NCBI GenBank assembly: GCA_964514585.1
Contig: CAZETU010000009.1
Coordinates: forward strand, 1 to 11,957
Source of the DNA: Candidatus Woesearchaeota archaeon
GTDB taxonomy: Archaea; Nanobdellota; Nanobdellia; Pacearchaeales; GW2011-AR1
Direction: 5' to 3'
DNA: 11,957 nucleotides
Shown: positions 1-6,726 of the stretch, one piece after another
Position numbering within the stretch: position 1 is the stretch's first letter
Layout: every line of letters starts with the position of its first letter
The notes under the pieces: model-generated
The model's database searches: none
What the model was told of the DNA's origin: nothing
The model's input: the letters and a program-made list of their open reading frames with translations, nothing else
Position numbers and translations under genes: made by a program

Positions 1-43
1 TTTTAAACAAAAAGTTGTCCCCTTGATTGGTCAAAAAGGTATC

Positions 44-55
44 ATGCTCCCGCCG
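44..55. repeat. Distal att core: duplicated tRNA-Glu 3' end
   Basis: ATGCTCCCGCCG is identical to 11891-11902; 14/17 identity if extended to 60 and 11907. Confidence 0.85.
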
Positions 56-60
56 AGCCT

Positions 61-80
61 TAGAAATTCTTAAAACGCTC
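61..80 (+). repeat. Left terminal inverted-repeat arm
   Basis: TAGAAATTCTTAAAACGCTC matches the reverse complement of 11871-11890 (TAGGAATTCTTAAAACGCCC) at 18/20. Confidence 0.85.
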
Positions 81-151
81 TCTTTATCGAGTTTGTTTTA
101 GTATGATTTATAGAGTGTGTTTGGATTTATATATGTTGTGAGTGATTAAAC

Positions 152-185
152 GCAACGCCCCAACTGATAGTAGTGGGGGAGTTTT
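152..185. repeat. 34-bp 13-8-13 palindromic site A (putative recombination site)
   Basis: GCAACGCCCCAAC-TGATAGTA-GTGGGGGAGTTTT; one of four direct-repeat copies. Confidence 0.85.
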
Positions 186-213
186 GCTATGACAATGTTT
201 ACAAAAAAATACT

Positions 214-1488
214 TTAGCAGCTATAGCTTTTTGCTACATTATCTCCATCTTCATCACAAATGAATACCTTTGTATATTTATCTGCAAAATATGGATTATC
301 TCCCTGATATTCAAAAACAACTAAAAAGGAAATAAATTCTTCATCATCTGAACAAATACCTATGTATTGATTAGCTGTTTGATATTTAGCGATATAGTTT
401 TTTAAATCATTTTTATTTTCAAAAGTTTTATATTCTTCAATCTTAAATATAAAATCTCCATTGCTACTCATAACTTCTGCTGCCGCAGTATCTTCAACTT
501 GTGATCTGCATTTTTCAAGGGGATTATCTTTTGATATTACTTGATCTGATAGTTGTATCTCTGGTATTTTTTCTGTTTCTTGAGCACTTTTATCTTTCTC
601 AAATAACGCAATAACGCAATAATCTAAATTGCACCCTATAGCCCCATAATTATAATCCTCATCAATTACTAAATTCCTAGAAGAAAATCGCTTATCAAAT
701 TCTTCTCTGAACTTTTCAATTCCGCCTCCTCGAATAGCATAGGATTTTACAAAGAAAGTTTTATATTCTGGTAATTTCATAATACTTTTGGTATAATCAA
801 TCATCTGGACAGGCCTCGGATATTTATCTGGGTCCTTTCTGATTTCATTAGATAAGCTAATTAAAGCTCCATTTAGTTCTTCAGAGATATCAATCGGATC
901 CACACCGTTACTCATACGATAATCATTTAGATAATTCATTGCTGATAAAGAAAGATTATCTATTTTTGAACCCTCGATTACTACAGTTGGATTCTCTGGG
1001 GGATTAATAATTTTAGAAATTTTATCCCAATTGTAATAAATCGTTGTAGCTATTACTATTAATAAAATCACAATAATAATCTTTTTCCAAGGAATTACTA
1101 ATTCTTTTTTCCTCTTCTTAACTTTTCCCAAGGTAAGAGATATTATTTCATCGTCGTTATTATCTTGTATTTTCTTTTTCTGTCTTTTCTTAGGCTTATT
1201 AAAATTGATAAAATCCTTGGCAGTTGAATATAATTTTTCTCCTGAATAAGTTGATTTCTTTTTCTTTCTTTTAAATGAGCTGGGGTTTCCAATTGGTTTA
1301 ACCCACGCCTTTCTTCCATTCAAACCTGGACAATTATGTGATTCTGGCAATATATGTTCGTCACAATGTTTTTCATGACAAAATTTGCAATAATGGGGCA
1401 TTCCCGTTATTTGTTTATTACATACTGGACATCTATCCAAGGGATCTTTATTATTAGACTTCTTACTTTTTCTTGAAGTTTTTGTCAT
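214..1488 (-). CDS. Membrane protein: N-terminal AN1-type Zn finger, single TM helix, CAP/SCP-like extracellular domain
   Basis: CPVC-x10-CKFCHEKHCDEH-x5-HNC fits the AN1 finger pattern. Hydrophobic stretch IIIVILLIVIATTIYY. YLNDYRMSNGVDPI...EEL and YNYGAIGC resemble the CAP fold. A TATA box lies at 1508-1515. Confidence 0.75.
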   Translation of the reverse strand: MTKTSRKSKKSNNKDPLDRCPVCNKQITGMPHYCKFCHEKHCDEHILPESHNCPGLNGRKAWVKPIGNPSSFKRKKKKSTYSGEKLYSTAKDFINFNKPKKRQKKKIQDNNDDEIISLTLGKVKKRKKELVIPWKKIIIVILLIVIATTIYYNWDKISKIINPPENPTVVIEGSKIDNLSLSAMNYLNDYRMSNGVDPIDISEELNGALISLSNEIRKDPDKYPRPVQMIDYTKSIMKLPEYKTFFVKSYAIRGGGIEKFREEFDKRFSSRNLVIDEDYNYGAIGCNLDYCVIALFEKDKSAQETEKIPEIQLSDQVISKDNPLEKCRSQVEDTAAAEVMSSNGDFIFKIEEYKTFENKNDLKNYIAKYQTANQYIGICSDDEEFISFLVVFEYQGDNPYFADKYTKVFICDEDGDNVAKSYSC

Positions 1489-1526
1489 ATAAATCTACTC
1501 ATAAATATATATAAAAATGTTTAGAA

Positions 1527-1958
1527 TTAGGCTTTTTTTAATTTCTTCTTACTTTTTCTGAATTTTTTTAAAGCTAACGTTCTGACATCCTCAACTTCTT
1601 CAGAATTTATTTCATCTCCAAAATTTCTTGATTTCCATAAATCTTCCCTTGCCTGGACATCTACTTTCTGAAATTCTTCGCTATGGTTTGCTTCGATTAA
1701 GTGTGTGGTTTCATGAACTGCAGTGCCATCAATTTCATCATAATTCATAGACCTTAATCTATAGTTAGAAATACATATGGTCCTTGTTTCAACATGTATG
1801 TGTGCAACTTCAAAGTTTTGAGAATCAGGACAATAACCTTCCCAAAATTTAATTTTGGGGACAGATACCCCTAGATTCTTTGATGTTCTTAATACTGCGT
1901 CCTTAAATCTGCATTGTTTTTCATAAAGCAGAGCCTTCTCAAAATTCCTATTATCCAT
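1527..1958 (-). CDS. Small HEXXH zinc metallopeptidase-like protein (YgjP/DUF45-, WLM- or SprT-like)
   Basis: VHETTHLIEANHSEEF resembles the HELxHL..xNHS..F motif of YgjP-like proteins; 143 aa. Confidence 0.7.
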   Translation of the reverse strand: MDNRNFEKALLYEKQCRFKDAVLRTSKNLGVSVPKIKFWEGYCPDSQNFEVAHIHVETRTICISNYRLRSMNYDEIDGTAVHETTHLIEANHSEEFQKVDVQAREDLWKSRNFGDEINSEEVEDVRTLALKKFRKSKKKLKKA

Positions 1959-2065
1959 TTTAAATACAAAGCTTAGGCCATAACCTAATCGACTTACTAC
2001 ATTGTTCGCATAGCCCTTTTATCATGCTAAGAAGATTGAATCAAATAATATAAACATTCGCTTTA

Positions 2066-2099
2066 ATAATTCTCTAACCGATAGTAGTGAGGGAGTTTT
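2066..2099. repeat. 34-bp 13-8-13 palindromic site B
   Basis: ATAATTCTCTAAC-CGATAGTA-GTGAGGGAGTTTT; the left arm is divergent but still matches the reverse complement of the right arm at 9/13. Confidence 0.8.
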
Positions 2100-2185
2100 G
2101 ATTAAGAACTATTATTCTTTATGCAAAAACATCAAAACTGGCATTAATGTTTTATCTTTGATAATTTGTTTAATAGCTTCGACCA
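2076..2185. repeat. 110-bp direct repeat, copy 1 (copy 2 at 5096-5204)
   Basis: Manual alignment gives 10 substitutions and 1 indel over 110 columns (~90%). It covers the spacer and right arm of site B plus an ~85-bp coding-like tail. Confidence 0.95.
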
Positions 2186-2186
2186 C
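2112..2186 (-). pseudogene. C-terminal remnant of unknown gene X (VVEAIKQIIKDKTLMPVLMFLHKE*)
   Basis: Same peptide as at 5122-5204, with 7 of 8 coding substitutions synonymous. This copy has no start of its own and a 1-bp indel near the stop. Confidence 0.6.
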
Positions 2187-2349
2187 CCTTGACGCTTTTA
2201 GCTGATACATTAATCCCGTGCTCCATATCTTGCAAATACTGTTTGATTATATCAGAGTTCTTTTTGCTGATGTCTGGGATTCCGTTAGCGGTTCTTTCTT
2301 TCCACCTGTTCCACCTCTCTTCATGTTTGTATGGGTCAATCTTTGCCAT
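2170..2349 (-). pseudogene. 59-aa N-terminal fragment of a probable second tyrosine recombinase (not in ORF track)
   Basis: Read by hand: MAKIDPYKHEERWNRWKERTANGIPDISKKNSDIIKQYLQDMEHGINVSAKSVKGGRSY*. From memory this resembles the N-terminus of a Pacearchaeota site-specific integrase family (not database-verified). No catalytic domain follows. Confidence 0.55.
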
Positions 2350-2423
2350 AAAAACTTTAGATAAAAATTACTTATAATAAATTGGTAGCAATGTTGTAGC
2401 ACTACAAGAGTTGTAGTAGAATT

Positions 2424-3185
2424 TTAAAGGTCCTTTTTAAACTTTATAACATTCACGGATTCATCTTCTAATTTTGGCTTCGATATAATCGTTCTAAAAA
2501 CAAAGTCAAATTCTTTCTCGTTCTTTTCCCCGAAATAAATCATAACTTTTTCTCCAGAATTAAGTACTTCGTAGCCTTTTTCGTAAATTGGTCCCTTTGG
2601 GGGTTTTGCTTCTTTGAATTTTTTTTGCTCAATCTTAATTTTATTTTTGTTTAATACAATAATTTTATCTATTTTTTGATGGCTCCTTATCCAGTCTATT
2701 TTAATTTCTCTATGTTCTAATCTAAAGACAAGCCCAACTCCATTGATAAATTCAAAATTCAGTGGACCTTCTGAAGCTAGATGATGTATTTTCATAAAAA
2801 ATGGCTCTATGGGCATGAAGATGTGTGTGGCATCACTTATACTTAATGCAATTTTTGCCAATTCAGAGAAATTGAATTTATTCATTGAACTTGTTTTTGA
2901 TGAAGAATTAACAATTTCTTTTAGAATGAATTCTTTTTCTCCATTAACTATTGAGCGTATGAAGTCACTAGCTAAAACGCTATTGTCTTTATGTATGCCT
3001 TTTTCTTTTTCAAAAAAGTTTTTAGGAAGATTTGTTCTTTCTCCAACCTGAATAAATTCTTCTCCGCTTTCCGTTGCCTTACTAATTGTACAAAAATCAT
3101 CAATAAGATTATCTTTTTTGTAGGATTCTTTCATTTTATCGGTAAATATTTTTATTTCTTTTTTAAAATCTTCTTCAATTTTCAT
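2424..3185 (-). CDS. Hypothetical protein (253 aa, soluble)
   Basis: Long ORF with host-like amino-acid use; its start overlaps the upstream stop by 4 bp (3182-3185). No recognised motif. Confidence 0.8.
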   Translation of the reverse strand: MKIEEDFKKEIKIFTDKMKESYKKDNLIDDFCTISKATESGEEFIQVGERTNLPKNFFEKEKGIHKDNSVLASDFIRSIVNGEKEFILKEIVNSSSKTSSMNKFNFSELAKIALSISDATHIFMPIEPFFMKIHHLASEGPLNFEFINGVGLVFRLEHREIKIDWIRSHQKIDKIIVLNKNKIKIEQKKFKEAKPPKGPIYEKGYEVLNSGEKVMIYFGEKNEKEFDFVFRTIISKPKLEDESVNVIKFKKDL

Positions 3186-3693
3186 TCTTCTACCTCCTTG
3201 GGTAATTTTGTTAATACTATGCCATCTTCTTTCAAACGCGAAATACCCTCCTCTATTTTTATTTCTTTCCTATCTATTTCTAATTTTGCTTTTCTAAGGT
3301 CTAACTTTGCTCTATCTAAAAATACATTTTTTTCCTCAATTTTATTATCTAGTAAACCATCAAGCTTTTTTGCTTTGTCCACCATCCAAGCATTCCAAAG
3401 CCAAACAAAAATCCTCCTATTATAGAAAACAATAAGGCTATCCAGGGTGTCAATTTTATTAATTTGTTAGCATTCGTTAACTTTGCCGCATACAGAGAAT
3501 CGAATGCATTAATTGTTTGATTACTATATCCTTGACTAGTGAGTTTTTCTGGGGAGTAATCTTTCAGAAATGTTTCAGCTGCATCAAATCCATAATTAGA
3601 AACAAAAAATAAAGAATACATTCCAATAATAATAAGGATAATTCCAAAAGATGTTGTAAATTTATAGAAATCTGAAAATTCTGGTTTTATCAT
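3182..3693 (-). pseudogene. Two-TM membrane protein with coiled-coil tail, split by a 1-bp frameshift (track ORFs 3349..3693 and 3182..3385)
   Basis: Adding one A to the A6 run (plus-strand T6 at 3366-3371) joins the frames as ...GWWTKQKKLDGLLDNKIEEK..., giving a 170-aa ORF. Confidence 0.7.
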
Positions 3694-3799
3694 AAATTTT
3701 TAAGCAATCTGTTTTATTTAAGTCTTAACATCCCTCAAAAAACGATAGGACGTATGTATATTTTGTCCACCAAAAAGCTCTAGAATATACCGAAATGTA

Positions 3800-3833
3800 A
3801 AAACGCCCCAACCGATAGTAGTGGGGGAGTTTT
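3800..3833. repeat. 34-bp 13-8-13 palindromic site C (best consensus copy)
   Basis: AAAACGCCCCAAC-CGATAGTA-GTGGGGGAGTTTT; the arms pair at 11/13, with two G/A mismatches. Confidence 0.9.
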
Positions 3834-3859
3834 ATTATGCCTCTTAGAACTTTTTGAAA

Positions 3860-4537
3860 CTAATCGCACTTTTCTTCTGTTCTATATTTTGTAATTGTTC
3901 TCATTCTCGTGACCTCTTTATATTTTGTCACATCTCTACATACTGATTTTTCTGGAGTTGAGGTTACCTTGTATCTACAGGTATATTCTTTATTCGCTTC
4001 CTCTTCTCCATAAAAATTTCCTGTCCCATAAAAGATTTCTGTCCCTTGGGGATACAATGAGGCTCCAGTACTGGATGTATCAAGTACATTTGTATAATCG
4101 TCTTTTGACACAAATTCAAATTCAATTCCCCAATACCCCCTCTCGTCATCTAAATTAGTAATTTCCAAATTACATTGAATTCTTTTATTTGTACAATATG
4201 TTTCTTTTTGGGAACAAATTCCTAAAATATATTTTAGACATCTATCTTCTGTTTTTAAGCAAGAATTATAGCTTACTTTAAAATCCCTTAAATTGTAAGT
4301 TAATTCCTCACTTTCACAAATCTCTTCAGAATAAGGAACCGTGTCAATATATTCTTCTTCATAATCATAAGGAACCTGAACATCTCGACAAATTTTTTGC
4401 TGTCCTGAGCTTGTAATTGTATTACCTGTAATAGATTTTTGTCCGTTATAATTGGGAACAACTATAAAAATAAAGACGAAAAGGAGGACACACACTATAA
4501 TTACTAATGGAATTATCTTATTAGGGTCTTTTTCCAT
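3860..4537 (-). CDS. Membrane-anchored Cys-rich extracellular protein (225 aa)
   Basis: The ATG at 4537 (MEKDPNKIIPLVIIVCVLLFVFIFIVV) is preferred to the track start at 4612, which overlaps the upstream gene. One N-terminal TM helix, then ~10 Cys. Confidence 0.8.
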   Translation of the reverse strand: MEKDPNKIIPLVIIVCVLLFVFIFIVVPNYNGQKSITGNTITSSGQQKICRDVQVPYDYEEEYIDTVPYSEEICESEELTYNLRDFKVSYNSCLKTEDRCLKYILGICSQKETYCTNKRIQCNLEITNLDDERGYWGIEFEFVSKDDYTNVLDTSSTGASLYPQGTEIFYGTGNFYGEEEANKEYTCRYKVTSTPEKSVCRDVTKYKEVTRMRTITKYRTEEKCD

Positions 4538-4578
4538 AAATATCTCACTCAAGTCAACCTTAAAAATGTTGGGATTTA

Positions 4579-4902
4579 TTAAAACAACAAGTAGTGTAAT
4601 GCAATCCCACAAATCAATCCAGCAGAAGATCCCGTAACAAATCTTAGGATATTGTTACTTTCCCTAAGTCGAAAGAGTTGGGTTACTGAATCCAAGACTA
4701 AAGGCATAATAAGGATTATTGTTAATACTAATAATAGATTTTTAGTCAAATAAGTATTTATTTTAAGAGTGAGAGATAAAAAAAATCCTATAATCAAAAA
4801 CAAATAAAGTCCAAAACATCTGGAACATAAAGACATAGGTTTTCCATTAATGATAAAAGTTCTATCTAATCTCTGATGACATATCCAAAAAGGTAATTTC
4901 AT
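4579..4902 (-). CDS. DUF2085 family predicted membrane protein
   Basis: CHQRLDRTF...MSLCSRCFGLY matches the CHQ...CxRCxGxY signature, followed by TM helices and RFVTG. The ATG at 4902 lies 4 bp after the stop of the upstream small ORF. Confidence 0.85.
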   Translation of the reverse strand: MKLPFWICHQRLDRTFIINGKPMSLCSRCFGLYLFLIIGFFLSLTLKINTYLTKNLLLVLTIILIMPLVLDSVTQLFRLRESNNILRFVTGSSAGLICGIALHYLLF

Positions 4903-4906
4903 TTTA

Positions 4907-5053
4907 TCAAGAAGCAATAATTGCAATTAAAATCCCCAAGACAATTAAAATCCCTATGCAACAACCAACCCCACTGCCAATCCCACTCAAGAGACCCCCG
5001 CCTGCCTTGACAACCGTTGTTTGGGTATTGTGATGGTGGTGATGTTCGGTCAT
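4907..5053 (-). CDS. 48-aa small membrane peptide with N-terminal His5 (not in ORF track)
   Basis: MTEHHHHHNTQTTVVKAGGGLLSGIGSGVGCCIGILIVLGILIAIIAS*. A TATA box lies at 5075-5082, and the stop is 4 bp before the DUF2085 ATG. Confidence 0.75.
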   Translation of the reverse strand: MTEHHHHHNTQTTVVKAGGGLLSGIGSGVGCCIGILIVLGILIAIIAS

Positions 5054-5074
5054 GCAATATTAACAAATTTATAT

Positions 5075-5082
5075 TATATAAA
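5075..5082 (-). promoter_or_regulatory. Archaeal TATA box for the His5-peptide/DUF2085/Cys-rich protein operon
   Basis: TTTATATA on the minus strand, 22-29 bp upstream of ATG 5053, consistent with a leaderless transcript. Confidence 0.6.
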
Positions 5083-5085
5083 TCT

Positions 5086-5119
5086 TTAGAAACCCAACCG
5101 ATAGTAGTGGGGGAGTTTT
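5086..5119. repeat. 34-bp 13-8-13 palindromic site D
   Basis: TTAGAAACCCAAC-CGATAGTA-GTGGGGGAGTTTT; the outer left arm is divergent. Confidence 0.85.
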
Positions 5120-5204
5120 AATTAAGAACTATTATCTTTATACAAAAACATCAAAACAGGCATCAACGTTTTATCCTTGATAATTTGTTTAATGGCCTCA
5201 ACCA
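5096..5204. repeat. 110-bp direct repeat, copy 2
   Basis: ~90% identical to 2076-2185. Confidence 0.95.
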
Positions 5205-5286
5205 TTTCTTCTTCGGTTCTTCCGAAAATCATTTCATAAGAGAATTTAGATCTTTTTTCTTTTAATTGATGAAATTCGTTTAAGAA
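5122..5286 (-). pseudogene. C-terminal remnant (or very small ORF from ATG 5232) of unknown gene X
   Basis: Open frame FLNEFHQLKEKRSKFSYEMIFGRTEEEMVEAIKQIIKDKTLMPVLMFLYKDNSS*, bounded upstream by a stop at 5287-5289. Confidence 0.55.
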
Positions 5287-5352
5287 TTATGATTTATTAG
5301 TTAGATATTTAATGGCTTCCAAAGGTTAGCCTTATGGTTTGGCTTCAATAAT

Positions 5353-5360
5353 TTTATAAA
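5353..5360 (+). promoter_or_regulatory. Archaeal TATA box for the DUF4352 gene
   Basis: TTTATAAA 21-28 bp upstream of ATG 5381. Confidence 0.6.
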
Positions 5361-5380
5361 CATGTAAACTATTTAATGAG

Positions 5381-6181
5381 ATGGGATTTGGGAAAAATAA
5401 CGAAGATTGGTTAGAAGATAAAAATTGGTTCAGAAAACATTGGGTAATAAGTATTTTTTTGGGATTGTTCGTGATAGGAATTATTGGGAATATTATTGGT
5501 ACAGAGGATCCTAGTATAACGGGAAATGAGGTGCAAGGGGAATATATAGAAAAAGTTGCTAAGTCTACATCTAATATAGAAGATTCTGAAATAGTAGAAA
5601 AAGAATCCGAAGATGGAACCTATGGAATCAATGAGAATATCAAAGTGGATTATTTAACTTATAAAATTACAAAGGTAGAAACTTTTACAGAGATGGGAAC
5701 TTCATTTATGAATAAGGAAACTTCTGGGAAATTCATTAAAGTTTATTTAGGAATAATGAACGATGCAAAAGAAACAAAAGATATTTTTTCTCCAAGATTT
5801 AAAATAAAGGATAATCAAGACCGAGAGTACGAAAGATTGTCTGATGACATGATATATATTTCCGATTACCTAGAATTTGGCAAACAATTACAGCCAGGAT
5901 TAGCAGCCTCAGGAGCTATTGTATTTGAGTTACCTAAAGATTCTAAGGACTTAAAATTAGTTATTTCTGGAGATTGGCTTTCAATTGCGGAAGTAAATGT
6001 TATATTAGCCGACATAGATGATATTGGAAAAGATACAACGCAACAAGAGGAACAAGATGAAATGATGGAAGATATAATGAATCAGTGTGATGCTCCCTTT
6101 AGTTGCTCTTCTTCTTGTTCTGAATATATGGACATGGGACAAAAAGATTGCCCATCGGGACAAGTTTGTTGTATGGAATAA
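5381..6181 (+). CDS. Membrane-anchored DUF4352 domain protein with Cys-rich C-terminal tail
   Basis: N-terminal TM helix (WVISIFLGLFVIGIIGNII). GKFIKVYLGIMND...FKIKDNQDREYE...LQPGLAASGAIVFELPKD is DUF4352-like. The tail has 6 Cys. Confidence 0.85.
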   Translation: MGFGKNNEDWLEDKNWFRKHWVISIFLGLFVIGIIGNIIGTEDPSITGNEVQGEYIEKVAKSTSNIEDSEIVEKESEDGTYGINENIKVDYLTYKITKVETFTEMGTSFMNKETSGKFIKVYLGIMNDAKETKDIFSPRFKIKDNQDREYERLSDDMIYISDYLEFGKQLQPGLAASGAIVFELPKDSKDLKLVISGDWLSIAEVNVILADIDDIGKDTTQQEEQDEMMEDIMNQCDAPFSCSSSCSEYMDMGQKDCPSGQVCCME

Positions 6182-6182
6182 A

Positions 6183-6617
6183 ATGGAAAGTCAAAAAATT
6201 TACATGAAAAAATTGATTGTTGTATTGTGTTGTTTATTCTTGATTTCTTTCGCAAGTCCGGGCCCCATTCCGTTTGGTGTAGGGTATAATGCAACAGAGA
6301 CTACCCGCGCACCACTAGATCATCCAGCAGAAGTTGGAGATGTCTCAGAAATTGGTGGCGCATCCCCTGAGGATAATAGTAATGCTGTAGTTGAAAATTC
6401 CAATAGATGTAGTGATTGTTGTAGTAATGATGATTTATTTTTAAAATTAACCAAAAGGGTCTCTCTTCTCGAGAAAGAAATTTCTAAATTGAGGTTAGAA
6501 CTAGAGAAGAATAAGGTATATGGCGATGAATTAGATACTGAACCTGAGTCTCAGATAGAAGTAAAGGAAGAACGAAAAGGGATTACTGGATTCTTTGCTA
6601 AGATATTTGGCAAATAG
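6183..6617 (+). CDS. Secreted/exported protein with signal peptide, coiled coil and amphipathic C-terminus
   Basis: The ATG at 6183 directly follows the upstream stop (alternative start 6204, MKKLIVVLCCLFLISFAS). The track start at 6087 overlaps the previous gene. The protein ends RKGITGFFAKIFGK. Confidence 0.75.
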   Translation: MESQKIYMKKLIVVLCCLFLISFASPGPIPFGVGYNATETTRAPLDHPAEVGDVSEIGGASPEDNSNAVVENSNRCSDCCSNDDLFLKLTKRVSLLEKEISKLRLELEKNKVYGDELDTEPESQIEVKEERKGITGFFAKIFGK

Positions 6618-6691
6618 GTAGTTATTTTTTTCTTTAATCCCAATCTTTAAATTTCCCATCAACAGCAACGATAAAACACAAAATCACAATA

Positions 6692-6709
6692 CTTAAAACG
6701 TCCACCCAT
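6692..6709 (+). repeat. Internal copy of the terminal inverted-repeat motif
   Basis: CTTAAAACGTCCACCCAT matches the reverse complement of 11865-11882 (CTTAAAACGCCCACTCAT) at 16/18. Confidence 0.6.
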
Positions 6710-6726
6710 GAATATCACAAAAGTCC

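Noticed and set aside
1527-1958. HEXXH protein as part of a type I restriction-modification locus (usual YgjP context)
   Set aside because: No hsdR, hsdM or hsdS genes are in the window, and the protein is much shorter than typical YgjP.
2189-2377. ORF-track 62-aa plus-strand ORF
   Set aside because: Antisense shadow of the more credible 2170-2349 minus-strand ORF.
2809-3425. ORF-track plus-strand ORFs 2809..3051 and 2991..3425
   Set aside because: Antisense shadows of the minus-strand genes; the F/S/L-rich composition is typical of the reverse of K/E-rich coding DNA.
3800-3833. 34-bp repeat as a tRNA-derived att fragment or a simple terminator
   Set aside because: The minus strand lacks a canonical TTCRAAT T loop and does not match the tRNA-Glu. 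A terminator role is not excluded, but it would not explain the conserved 8-nt spacer or the half-site.
3925-4637. ORF-track ORFs 3925..4158, 3964..4149 and 4452..4637
   Set aside because: They lie within or opposite the 3860-4537 gene and have no motifs or promoter support.
152-5119. CRISPR array interpretation of the ~34-bp repeats
   Set aside because: The intervening sequences are 1.3-1.9 kb and hold whole genes, and no cas genes are present.
6082-6294. ORF-track 70-aa minus-strand ORF
   Set aside because: Antisense to two well-supported plus-strand genes.
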